DNA from: a bacterium
Lineage (GTDB): Bacteria > Margulisbacteria > Marinamargulisbacteria > CANKTL01
Direction: 5' to 3'
Assembly: GCA_947486405.1 (NCBI GenBank)
Contig: CANKTL010000003.1
Span: forward strand, 1-42,465
DNA length: 42,465 bases
This document shows, in pieces, positions 18,775-27,657 of the stretch (within the stretch, counting starts at the first letter, position 1; the number at the start of each line of letters is the position of its first letter). The translations under genes and the position numbers were made by a program. The notes beneath the pieces are model-generated. The model did no database searches, was not told the DNA's origin, and worked only from the letters and a program-made list of their open reading frames with translations.

Positions 18775-20076
18775 TTATGCCGTTTCAAAATCCTTATTTA
18801 AAGGTAAAGTCGTGATATCTACTGTCATGATCCGGCGCTTATGGGTTTCGGTGACTGAGAACTGATGGTGGTTATACTGAACGGACTCGCCTTTTTTGGG
18901 GAAACGTCCAAAGAGGTGCAGGACAAGGCCGCCTAAAGTATCAAATTCCTCGTCTTCGGGTAAACTTAAATTCAACTTGTCGGAGAGGTCGTCGATGTTC
19001 ATGCCGGCATTCGCACGATATATGCCGGGCGAGAGCTCGATAATTTCCAAATCGGCTTCGGTGTCATATTCGTCTTGAATTTCGCCAACGATTTCTTCAA
19101 TAATGTCTTCAAAAGTTACGATCCCGGACATCCCGCTATATTCGTCTAGCACCACCGCCAGTTGAAATTTTTGGCGTTTCATCTGTTGAAGTAAGTCTTC
19201 AATATTCTTGGTTTCAGGGATAAAGACCGGTTCTCGGAAGAATTTTCGTAGGTCCTGTTTGGATACGGCCGGATCTAGTCCGAGTAAATCTTTAGCATAT
19301 AAAACACCAATAATATTATCGATGCGCTCTTCAAATACGGGGATACGGGAGTGACCATGTTCCACAATAAGGTGAATCGCATCCGAAACGGTTTTGTGCA
19401 CATCAATGCAAATGCAATCCGGACGAGGCGTCATGATTTCGCGCACAACCGTATCTGAAAACTCAAAAATACTGTGAATCATATTTTTTTTGTCTTCTTT
19501 GAGTACCCCGGCGTCTCGACCCAATTTTACCATCATCATGATTTCTTCTTCAGTGAGCAATTGCCGGGCTTTGTCACTAGAAACGCCAAATAAAAATGCG
19601 ATTCCTGCAGACATCCAATTCAAAAGGCGGATAAGCGGCTTAAACAAGAAGATAAAGAGTTCGACGGGCGGCGCTAAAAATAATGCCCATGTCTCGGGAT
19701 GCTTAACGGCCATGGTTTTGGGCGTTATTTCGGCAAATATTAGAATAACAAAGGTGGTTATTAGCGTCATTGCGGCAATGATGAGGCCCGTGTGGCCAAG
19801 ATCGAATTTGTGGCTGAGTTCCAGCGTGAGCGCAGTGGCAAAAGCTGATAACACCGTATTGGCGAGATTATTGCCTATAAGGGCAGCCGTAATAAATTGG
19901 CGGCGGTCTTGGAGGAGCCGTTTTAAGCGACTGGCCCCGCGGACCTTTTGGTCCACCATGCCTTCAACGCGAACATGGTTAACGGCAGTTAATGCGGTTT
20001 CTGAGCTCGAAAAAAAGGCTGAGAGCAGCAAAAAGAAGATAAAAATGAGGAAAATCCCCAATAAACTAATGTCCAA
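18775..20076 (-). CDS. CNNM/HlyC/CorC family transporter (DUF21-CBS-CorC)
   Basis: FFSSSETAL, EITPK, VREIMTPR, HSRIPV, VLDEYSG...TFEDIIEEIVGEI.DEYD, TLGG. Confidence 0.94.
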   Translation of the reverse strand: MDISLLGIFLIFIFFLLLSAFFSSSETALTAVNHVRVEGMVDQKVRGASRLKRLLQDRRQFITAALIGNNLANTVLSAFATALTLELSHKFDLGHTGLIIAAMTLITTFVILIFAEITPKTMAVKHPETWALFLAPPVELFIFLFKPLIRLLNWMSAGIAFLFGVSSDKARQLLTEEEIMMMVKLGRDAGVLKEDKKNMIHSIFEFSDTVVREIMTPRPDCICIDVHKTVSDAIHLIVEHGHSRIPVFEERIDNIIGVLYAKDLLGLDPAVSKQDLRKFFREPVFIPETKNIEDLLQQMKRQKFQLAVVLDEYSGMSGIVTFEDIIEEIVGEIQDEYDTEADLEIIELSPGIYRANAGMNIDDLSDKLNLSLPEDEEFDTLGGLVLHLFGRFPKKGESVQYNHHQFSVTETHKRRIMTVDITTLPLNKDFETA

Positions 20077-20470
20077 GTAAGGTCACACTTCCTTTCAAAA
20101 AAATAATAATAGGGTGAGCGAATATAAATATCCCCACCACCAGTGCATTTACGGCTGTTATTAACACACCGCCCGCGGCTAAATCTTTACTGAGCATGGC
20201 CCTATAGCGGGTTTTTCGGGTGCTCATATCAACGGTGACTTCGATGGCGGTATTGATGCATTCAGCGGCCAATACCAACGTGAGCGTAAGGCTTAAAATC
20301 ATCCATTCGAGGGCAGAAATATGGCAGGCGATACCTAGCAGTATAGCGGCAATAGTCGCAGCGACATGAAAGCGCATATGACGTTCAGATCGGATTGCAA
20401 ATCCCACACCGCGGATTGCGCACCAGAAGCTGGTGAACAAGGTTGGCCGTTTATATCGTCGGATGGCCAT
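20066..20470 (-). CDS. dgkA: Diacylglycerol/undecaprenol kinase
   Basis: SERHMRFH, ECINTAIEVTVD, KDLAAGGV; three TM segments. Confidence 0.92.
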   Translation of the reverse strand: MAIRRYKRPTLFTSFWCAIRGVGFAIRSERHMRFHVAATIAAILLGIACHISALEWMILSLTLTLVLAAECINTAIEVTVDMSTRKTRYRAMLSKDLAAGGVLITAVNALVVGIFIFAHPIIIFLKGSVTLLGH

Positions 20471-20885
20471 GGTGAATTAGGTTCAGAAGTTGAGTTTCTT
20501 GGTTACGCATTTCAATTTGTTCAGTCTTAGTATAATCGGCATAGCCCAACAAATGAAGCACCCCATGAACAATTAGCAATTTAATTTCGTTTTCTAAGGA
20601 CTGGCCAAATTCTTGGGCGTTTTGGGTGGCCTGGCTGACACATATATAAATATCACCCAAAATAGGCTCAGGCGGGGTACTTAAATTGAATGAAATAATA
20701 TCGGTTACATAATCCCGCTTGAGGTACTGTTGGTTAAGCGCCACAATTTTTTCGGGCGATACAAACGACACCGTAATAGCGCCGGCCTCAATTGCTTTGG
20801 CGTTGCAGGCCGCTGTTAAAAAGGTCAATGGGTCAAACGAAAGCGAGAGCGGAACTTCGGTGTTAATACAACAATCGGTGCTCAT
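20451..20885 (-). CDS. ybeY: rRNA maturation RNase YbeY
   Basis: LNQQY...TDIISF, GDIYI, HGVLHLLGY. Confidence 0.93.
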   Translation of the reverse strand: MSTDCCINTEVPLSLSFDPLTFLTAACNAKAIEAGAITVSFVSPEKIVALNQQYLKRDYVTDIISFNLSTPPEPILGDIYICVSQATQNAQEFGQSLENEIKLLIVHGVLHLLGYADYTKTEQIEMRNQETQLLNLIHHGHPTI

Positions 20886-23014
20886 GAGGGAGTGTCTTTG
20901 GGGGGCTCAGACTTAATCATGGCGTTGAGCTCGGTTTTGTAATCCACCCGATGATGATAAATGCCCTGCAAAATACGCAGAAACGTTTGTCGGATGATCT
21001 GAATTTCTTTCAAACTTAATGGGCAGTCTGAGAGTTGGCCATCATCGATTTTGTCTTTGAAGATTCGGTCAACCAGGGCTTCGATTTTAGGCATAGTGGG
21101 CTTGTCCATTGAGCGCACCGATGCTTCAACCGAGTCAGCGAGCATTAAGATGCCCGATTCCTTAAAATGAGGCTTGGGGCCAGGATAGCGGTAGGATTCT
21201 TCGGTAATATCGTCATCGTCATCTGGGTCATTGCTCTTTTTTTGAAGTGCCTGTGTGTAAAAAAACGAGACCAATGAGGTGCCATGGTGTTCCATCATAA
21301 ATTCTTTTAACACATCGGGCAGGCGGTATTTATTGGCCAGTTCGACCCCATCTTTGGGGTGAGCCACAATAATTTGCTTACTCATTTTGGCGCTTAGATT
21401 ATGGTGCGGATTTTCGCCTGAAAATTGGTTTTCAGCGAAAAAGTTAGGCCGTTTTATTTTTCCTACATCGTGAAAGTAGGCTCCGATTCTGCTCAGTACC
21501 ACGTCAGCGCCAATCGCCTCGGCTGCGGCTTCGGCCAGGTTGGCCACCATCAGGCTGTGGTGATAGGTACCCGGTGCGGTTACCATCAGGCGTTTGAGCA
21601 AGGGGTGGTTCAGATTAGATTGTTCGAGCAAGCGTTGTGGTGTGGTGATATTAAACAAGGATTCAAAGTAGGGTAGAACGGCCAGCGATAACATTGCAGA
21701 TAAAAGACCGTTGGCCACGCCCAAGCCGCCGTTATACACAAACCACATCGGATCATGAACGTTGGACGTAATGCCCAATACTATCACCAAGACCAGGTTC
21801 ACAATCCCGATCCAATACCCCGATATTGTAAGTTCACTGAGTTTATATTTGCGATAAATTAAAAATGTGGTCGCACAGTTGGATAGAAATAGATAGAAAA
21901 ACAGCGAAAAATCGTTGCCGTACATCATAGCGATTAACCCGGCGATGATGGTGCCGACTAACATCGAAATGTTGGGCGTTACGGTAACCGACAAAATAAA
22001 GGCTGCCAGTGAAATTGGTATCAGAAATTGGAAGGCCAGACGTTCATCAAACAGGGTCACGTTGTGAATCAAACGGGCCATGACGACCAGCAAGATGGTG
22101 ACCAACAGCATTAGTAAAAAATATTTGGGGCGCTGCGAAATTTTGGGATAAAACACACTGACAAAGCGCTCGACCAAGATGGCCAATAAAACGGCCGACA
22201 AGAAAATGCCAAAATACGCTTCGATGTTGGCTTTTCGGCCGTACATATTAAGCTCAGTTAAGATTTTGATGTGGTCGGGGGTGACGCGATCACCCCGGTA
22301 GATAATGGGCTGGCCTTCACGAACAAAGGTAAGTTGGTGCAGTTCAGTGAGCTTTTTCTGAAGCGAGGCCTCGGTTTTTTCAGGGTCGGGCAGCAAATTT
22401 GGCCGAATGGAGTGCAAGAGAAATTCGATAATCATGTCTTGCCGATAGCCGGGGGCCTTGGTTTCTTCCGATGCGGAAATCACGTTGGACCGAATCCGTG
22501 AGGGGTCTACAAACCGAAGGCCGGGACTCAGAATTTTTTCGGCTTGGTCCAGTGTTGAAACCCGAATCGTGGCCAATTCTGAAGCCGGCATTGTTTGCAC
22601 CCGTTGAATCATTTTTTGAGGGATAAACGAAAGCACTGATGGCACTGGTGCGCTGTGATTTTGGCTGTATGCAATGCGATAGGTTTCTAGTAAATCGAAC
22701 GTGTTTGTGAGGTCGTCTAAGACGGCGTCGGTGGTTTTGGGGTCAATGGAATAAATGCTGTCTGACTCGGCCTCCAGTTTGGATTTGAGTCGCGCATATT
22801 CGACCGTATTTTTAGAGTCTGTAATTTCAATGTCTTGGGGAGACACTATGGTTTTGTTGGAAATATCGTCCACCTTGAAATTGACCGTTTCGGGCAACTG
22901 GGGCGAGTATACGATCACTGAAACGAACGCGACCCCAAAGAATGTCAGAAGGGGAAGCAAAAATCGTTTAAATAAGCCGAAAAAGCTAGGGTTTATACCA
23001 GTCAAGGTGTTCAA
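20882..23014 (-). CDS. pgpH: 7TM-HD phosphohydrolase, PgpH-like (cyclic-di-AMP phosphodiesterase family)
   Basis: Extracellular domain, 7 TM segments, APGTYHHS, YFHDVGK, EHHGT, YPGPKP, MLADSVEA; located before ybeY-dgkA. Confidence 0.88.
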   Translation of the reverse strand: MNTLTGINPSFFGLFKRFLLPLLTFFGVAFVSVIVYSPQLPETVNFKVDDISNKTIVSPQDIEITDSKNTVEYARLKSKLEAESDSIYSIDPKTTDAVLDDLTNTFDLLETYRIAYSQNHSAPVPSVLSFIPQKMIQRVQTMPASELATIRVSTLDQAEKILSPGLRFVDPSRIRSNVISASEETKAPGYRQDMIIEFLLHSIRPNLLPDPEKTEASLQKKLTELHQLTFVREGQPIIYRGDRVTPDHIKILTELNMYGRKANIEAYFGIFLSAVLLAILVERFVSVFYPKISQRPKYFLLMLLVTILLVVMARLIHNVTLFDERLAFQFLIPISLAAFILSVTVTPNISMLVGTIIAGLIAMMYGNDFSLFFYLFLSNCATTFLIYRKYKLSELTISGYWIGIVNLVLVIVLGITSNVHDPMWFVYNGGLGVANGLLSAMLSLAVLPYFESLFNITTPQRLLEQSNLNHPLLKRLMVTAPGTYHHSLMVANLAEAAAEAIGADVVLSRIGAYFHDVGKIKRPNFFAENQFSGENPHHNLSAKMSKQIIVAHPKDGVELANKYRLPDVLKEFMMEHHGTSLVSFFYTQALQKKSNDPDDDDDITEESYRYPGPKPHFKESGILMLADSVEASVRSMDKPTMPKIEALVDRIFKDKIDDGQLSDCPLSLKEIQIIRQTFLRILQGIYHHRVDYKTELNAMIKSEPPKDTPS

Positions 23015-23849
23015 ATTGTTTGATCCACGTTAGTTGTCGTTTCGCGAAGTTTCGCGTGTGTTGTTGGACTAAGTTTATCATTTCATCGTACGAGATGCCA
23101 CCTGTTAGATGGGCAATGACTTCTTTGTATCCGATGGCGCTGAAGGCGGGGGCGGTCGGGGGAATGCCTTGGGCGAGTAGTGATTGGACTTCGGCGACTA
23201 GCCCGGCTTGAATCATGGCGAGGACGCGGGCGTTGATTTGGGCGTAGAGTTGATCGCGGGGGCGGGTTACGCCGATGAGTTTGCAGTCGGATCGGGGTGC
23301 GGGTTTTTTACTGCGATGTTGGGAAGGCGGCGTTTGGGTTTGGTGAAAAATCTCTAGGGCCCGGATGACCCGACGATGGTTGTTGGGATGGATGGCAGCA
23401 GCGGAAGTAGGGTCGATAGACTTAAGTTCGGCCCACAGGGCTTCTGGCCCAATTTGAGCGAGCTTTTCATTTAATTCGTCTCGAATTTGGGAATGGGCGG
23501 CAGGAGCAGAGAGAGAATATCCGTATAAAAAAGCATGAATATAAAACGCGGTGCCACCACAAATTATTATGGGGGTGTTCTTGGCGCGAAGTTGTGCAAT
23601 GACGTCCGAACTTCGGGCAATAAAGTCGGCCACCGAGTAACCTTCTGTAGGCGCCAAAATATCAATGAGATGGTGCGGAATTTCTTGGATAGTTGCTTGG
23701 GGCACTTTCGCGGTGCCAATATCGAGCCCCCTATACACCTGGTAGGCATCCGCAGAAATAATTTCGGCCCCCGTCTCGCGTGCCATGCGCAACGCCAACT
23801 CAGTTTTTCCCACGCCGGTGGGCCCAATGATGACCGTAATATCTGCCAT
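22986..23849 (-). CDS. miaA: tRNA dimethylallyltransferase
   Basis: GPTGVGKT, SADAYQVY.GLDIGTAK, GGTAFY, RVIRALE, AIGYKE, FAKRQLTW. Confidence 0.97.
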   Translation of the reverse strand: MADITVIIGPTGVGKTELALRMARETGAEIISADAYQVYRGLDIGTAKVPQATIQEIPHHLIDILAPTEGYSVADFIARSSDVIAQLRAKNTPIIICGGTAFYIHAFLYGYSLSAPAAHSQIRDELNEKLAQIGPEALWAELKSIDPTSAAAIHPNNHRRVIRALEIFHQTQTPPSQHRSKKPAPRSDCKLIGVTRPRDQLYAQINARVLAMIQAGLVAEVQSLLAQGIPPTAPAFSAIGYKEVIAHLTGGISYDEMINLVQQHTRNFAKRQLTWIKQFEHLDWYKP

Positions 23850-23884
23850 TTTGGAAATTGTAGCGCATTTGCTACACTACGCCG
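23850..23884. promoter_or_regulatory. Back-to-back -10 elements for divergent, probably leaderless miaA and coaX
   Basis: Minus-strand TACAAT is 7 nt from the miaA ATG; plus-strand TGcTACACT is 6 nt from the coaX ATG; no SD; TGTAGC-N6-GCTACA palindrome. Confidence 0.6.
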
Positions 23885-24589
23885 ATGACTGACTCAACCC
23901 TGTTGGTAGACATCGGTAATTCAAAAACCGGTTTGGCGGATTATGGCAGTGGTCATATTAGCAAAACGCGCTGGCTAGATACCGCTATCATTCAGTCTTC
24001 AGCACCTTTTGAAGGATATGTTCGCATTGTGGTGTCGTCTGTCGTGCCTGATCTTGATCATTTTTTACCTGGACATGCCCAGTTTATTACCCATCAAAAT
24101 ATCCCCAATCTGACAATTAATCTAAGCTCTCCCAACGAAGTAGGCGCAGACCGAATCGTGAACGCGTTGGCGGCATATTCCGGTCAAAAACGGAGTTGTT
24201 TGGTGGTGGATTCCGGTACCGCCACTACCTTTTGTTACGTGACTCAATCGGGTGTTTATGAGGGTGGTGCTATTTTTCCGGGTTTAAAAATGTCCTCACA
24301 GGCATTAAATGATCACACTGCCAAAATTCCATTGATTTGGGTAGAGCCTCAGCCTCGGATGTACGGAAAAAATACTGAGCAAGCAGTGCAAGTGGGCTTG
24401 TATCACGGGTTTATTGCGATGATCAATGGCATGATCGCCCAATATCGGCAGCTGGACCCTCTGATTTGGGTGGTGGGTACTGGGAATGGCCTGTCAATTT
24501 TGAAAGACCAATTGAAATTAGATGCATATGATCCGGATTTGATATTTAAGGGGTTGGCGGTGTGCGCCGAAAAGACAAATAGGCCTTAA
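23885..24589 (+). CDS. coaX: Type III pantothenate kinase
   Basis: VDIGNS, GADR, VDSGTATT, GGAIFPG. Confidence 0.94.
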   Translation: MTDSTLLVDIGNSKTGLADYGSGHISKTRWLDTAIIQSSAPFEGYVRIVVSSVVPDLDHFLPGHAQFITHQNIPNLTINLSSPNEVGADRIVNALAAYSGQKRSCLVVDSGTATTFCYVTQSGVYEGGAIFPGLKMSSQALNDHTAKIPLIWVEPQPRMYGKNTEQAVQVGLYHGFIAMINGMIAQYRQLDPLIWVVGTGNGLSILKDQLKLDAYDPDLIFKGLAVCAEKTNRP

Positions 24590-26429
24590 CCAGTGAAGTT
24601 GCGTCATTAATTTTTGACATGGCTTGATCTTTGTCCTCTATAAATTCATCTAATTGTAGAGGCCCCTCTCGCGTGGCTAATTGACTTATTAAACCAGTAT
24701 CCGGTTCACTTCCGGTTACGTGCGCGTCAAGGTCTGCTTGGAAGCTGGTCAGAACCTCGCCAGCTAGTTCTCTTTGACTTTGGTCTTGCAATTGTATGAA
24801 TTGCTGTCGAAGACTATCCTCGGGGCTTTCTTTAACTAAACTTGAAAACATTGCCAGGAGGGTAGTGCCCTTATTTATAGGCGGTGAAACCGGGAGGTGT
24901 GCACTTGCCGCCGTATGTCTTAACTCCTTGCTATTAAAGCTCCTTATGGCGGCCAAGAATGAGTTCTGGGTCTGTTCCCCGACCGTCGGTGAGTCTGGTC
25001 CAACTGCGCTGTCTTTTGATCCGGTGTCAGTTGATAATGCTGCCAATGAGGCACTTAAGGGTGACGCGCTTGGTTCTAGCGTTGAATCGGGTTCTTCCGA
25101 CAATAATGATGTCTGTGAACCAAGGTTGCTGTTACGACTATTAAATCCCGAATCACCAATTGGAGCTCGATCTCCATCTCCATCTCCATCTCCATCTCCA
25201 TCTCTATTTCCTGTGGTTTCGTAGGTTGTTTCATCGCTTATTTGTTGCTTTGGTCGGATTAAATCTACAATAATGCGTATTGCAAAATTGTATTCTTCAC
25301 TACCACGCTCCCCGTAGTCTGACGGGGAATTCGCAATGAAATTCTTTGCTGCGAGATGGAGTCCCTCAGTCGTTAATTCATCCGTTCTTGTAGTTGATCT
25401 AGCGGCCAGAAACTCAGCGAGGAGCTGTAAATTCTTTAAATCAGGGCGCATATGCTCCTTCCAGTTTGAGGCATTTTCTGCATCGTTTTCAAAATAGCTG
25501 CTTAAAGCCTCACCTACCTTCTCCTGAAAACTGTGTGTTGAAGGGCTGGTTGGCCGAAGGTATATAGTCACTTCTTCGTCGTCTGTTTCTGAATTAGATA
25601 ATTCGAACTCATCTTCGGTGCTGCAGAGGTCTGTGATGACAGTTCTTGCGTATGCTTTTATTTTTTTAGCTGCGTCCCCAAATTGATCCCAATTATAGTG
25701 TTCCAATAATTGGTCGAGATTGGCTTCAAATGTATCCTGGTCGGGGTCATTTTGGGTATAAAAATCATAGAGCTTTCGGTCATTGCTCAAGTGAACCTTA
25801 AGTTGATCTCGAACTTCCGTTTCTATCGTTTCAACAGTTGGAAACGTGTCTAAATCAAAGTTAAGTGAATATAGGAAACTGCCGTATGGATACTTTGTTT
25901 CTAGGTGAGTGTGCTGTTGTTGGATTTCTGTTAGCTGGTGTTTAAACGCCAAAAGGGCTTTTCTATTGCCTTTGAAACTGGAATCTTGAAGTAAAAGCGC
26001 TATTTTGGATAGCGTATCTTTAATCTCTTTTCCAAACGATGGTTGGCTTGCAGCCGAAAATAAATGGTGGAGTTCTAATGTTTTAAAAGAGGTTGTAGGC
26101 CCCAATAGAGTGCTCGCATTGTGCAGGGCATTTTTTACCCATTGTTCGATGCTCGTAGGTGGATTTTGGGGGCGATAATCTTCCATCGCTTTCTGTGCTT
26201 CTTGGTCTTTTTTGTTGGGAGTGCGCAGCTCTTCAATTTTAACCTGTAGCTTTTGAAGATGGTCTAAATAGGTGTTAGGGTACTCAGAAATAGCGGCACT
26301 CATTCCGGCCGACACTGAATACTCTGGTAGCAGTGCTAACGCTAAATTAGTGATGGCTTCGGCCCGTTTAGTGTCGTTGGCTAACTGCAATTTGAAAGAT
26401 AGTTCGAGCAGCGCGGTCATCGTGGGCAA
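24546..26429 (-). CDS. Orphan acidic/low-complexity protein with a WH2-like motif (may be the 3' part of a frameshifted gene starting at 26610)
   Basis: 627-aa ORF, AT-richer than its neighbours; helical N-terminal half, Ser/Asp/Pro-rich linker, FLAAIRSFNSKELRHT. Confidence 0.7.
   Translation of the reverse strand: MPTMTALLELSFKLQLANDTKRAEAITNLALALLPEYSVSAGMSAAISEYPNTYLDHLQKLQVKIEELRTPNKKDQEAQKAMEDYRPQNPPTSIEQWVKNALHNASTLLGPTTSFKTLELHHLFSAASQPSFGKEIKDTLSKIALLLQDSSFKGNRKALLAFKHQLTEIQQQHTHLETKYPYGSFLYSLNFDLDTFPTVETIETEVRDQLKVHLSNDRKLYDFYTQNDPDQDTFEANLDQLLEHYNWDQFGDAAKKIKAYARTVITDLCSTEDEFELSNSETDDEEVTIYLRPTSPSTHSFQEKVGEALSSYFENDAENASNWKEHMRPDLKNLQLLAEFLAARSTTRTDELTTEGLHLAAKNFIANSPSDYGERGSEEYNFAIRIIVDLIRPKQQISDETTYETTGNRDGDGDGDGDGDRAPIGDSGFNSRNSNLGSQTSLLSEEPDSTLEPSASPLSASLAALSTDTGSKDSAVGPDSPTVGEQTQNSFLAAIRSFNSKELRHTAASAHLPVSPPINKGTTLLAMFSSLVKESPEDSLRQQFIQLQDQSQRELAGEVLTSFQADLDAHVTGSEPDTGLISQLATREGPLQLDEFIEDKDQAMSKINDATSLVKAYLSFRRTPPTP
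25171..25204. repeat. Hexamer tandem repeat (TCTCCA)x5 plus partial copy, encoding a GD repeat
   Basis: Five exact TCTCCA copies at 25171-25200; translates as DGDGDGDGDGD on the minus strand. Confidence 0.95.
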
Positions 26430-26610
26430 TTCTTGGACGGGGTGGGGACTGGGGATCTAAAATAGATTGCCCTGGTGCCTTTCGGCTCTCGGCCAACTCA
26501 CTTGCAAGGCGCTGTTGCACTTTTGCTTTGGCCTTATCTGAGATAGATGTATTCCTATTTCCGACTAACCCGAAGCTTCGATTAAATAACGATTGCTTGG
26601 AAACATCCAT
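26368..26610 (-). CDS. Small hypothetical ORF, possible N-terminus of the downstream orphan
   Basis: ATG at 26610, 80 aa; overlaps the 627-aa ORF by 62 nt in another frame. Confidence 0.45.
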   Translation of the reverse strand: MDVSKQSLFNRSFGLVGNRNTSISDKAKAKVQQRLASELAESRKAPGQSILDPQSPPRPRIAHDDRAARTIFQIAVSQRH

Positions 26611-26739
26611 GTTTCAAATTCCCATCTTGAGTCAAAAGTCGTACTTAAGAAGGTTTTTCCCGTAAACGAATGAAATTAAACACGAATGGAGCCTGGCCCT
26701 TGAACAGAGCCATACATACCAATGTGCTGGAATGACACT

Positions 26740-27657
26740 CTAAAACAGTTGCGGGGCGTGGGTATATTGTTGAAAGAGGGTGTAACGTTCTTTTAGGGCC
26801 GTTTCGGTGATGGTTTTGAGTTGATTGAGGCTAAATCCTTGAACAGTAAATGAGGATACCAAGGTGCCCGCAATGACGGCTTCTCGAAAGTCGGCTTCGG
26901 TTTTGGCCCCTTTTTTGGACAGATATCCCAAGAATGCACCGGCAAAGCTATCACCAGCGCCGGTGGGGTCAATGACTTTGCTCAACGGGAAGGCCGGTGT
27001 TACGAAATGCTGGTCTTCGGTATACATAATTGCCCCATGCTCGCCTTTTTTTACAATGACACGAGATGGCCCCATTGCAGTGACCATCGGCAGTGCTGAG
27101 ATAATATTGGATTCGCCGGTTAACAGGCGCAGTTCTTGGTCATTGATGATTAAGACATCAACTAATTTAAGTGTTTTTTTAACGGCGTCCAGCTTCGTAT
27201 CAATCCAAAAATTCATTGTGTCCAATACAACGAGTTGCGGTGTTTTAAACTGCAAAATCGCTTTTTCTTGTAGCTCGGGGTCAAAATTGGCGCAGAAGAC
27301 GAAGTTGCTGTCTTTGTGGGTATCAGGCACTTGGGGGTCAAATTCCAGTAATACGTTTAAATCGGTAGCAATGGTGATGGCCTGGGCCATATCGCCCTCG
27401 TATTTGCCTTGCCAATGGAAGGTATCCGCTTTTCCAACGACGATTCCGCTGGTGTTGATATTGTGCGTGGCAAAGTGAGCGTGGTGCTCGTCGGGAAAGT
27501 CTTTTCCGATGATGCTGATCACATTGATATCATTGGGGGAAAAAATGCGGGCCGCTGTGGCAGCATACGTGGCAGACCCGCCTAAAATGCGCTCAAAAGT
27601 GCCGTGGGGGGATTCAATACTGTCTAGGGCGACAGTGCCGATCATAGTAATGCTCAT
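26740..27657 (-). CDS. PfkB/ribokinase family carbohydrate kinase
   Basis: Start MSITMIGTVALD (ATGA overlap with the ileS stop), GGSATY, KKGEHGA, DPTGAGDSFAG. Confidence 0.93.
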   Translation of the reverse strand: MSITMIGTVALDSIESPHGTFERILGGSATYAATAARIFSPNDINVISIIGKDFPDEHHAHFATHNINTSGIVVGKADTFHWQGKYEGDMAQAITIATDLNVLLEFDPQVPDTHKDSNFVFCANFDPELQEKAILQFKTPQLVVLDTMNFWIDTKLDAVKKTLKLVDVLIINDQELRLLTGESNIISALPMVTAMGPSRVIVKKGEHGAIMYTEDQHFVTPAFPLSKVIDPTGAGDSFAGAFLGYLSKKGAKTEADFREAVIAGTLVSSFTVQGFSLNQLKTITETALKERYTLFQQYTHAPQLF

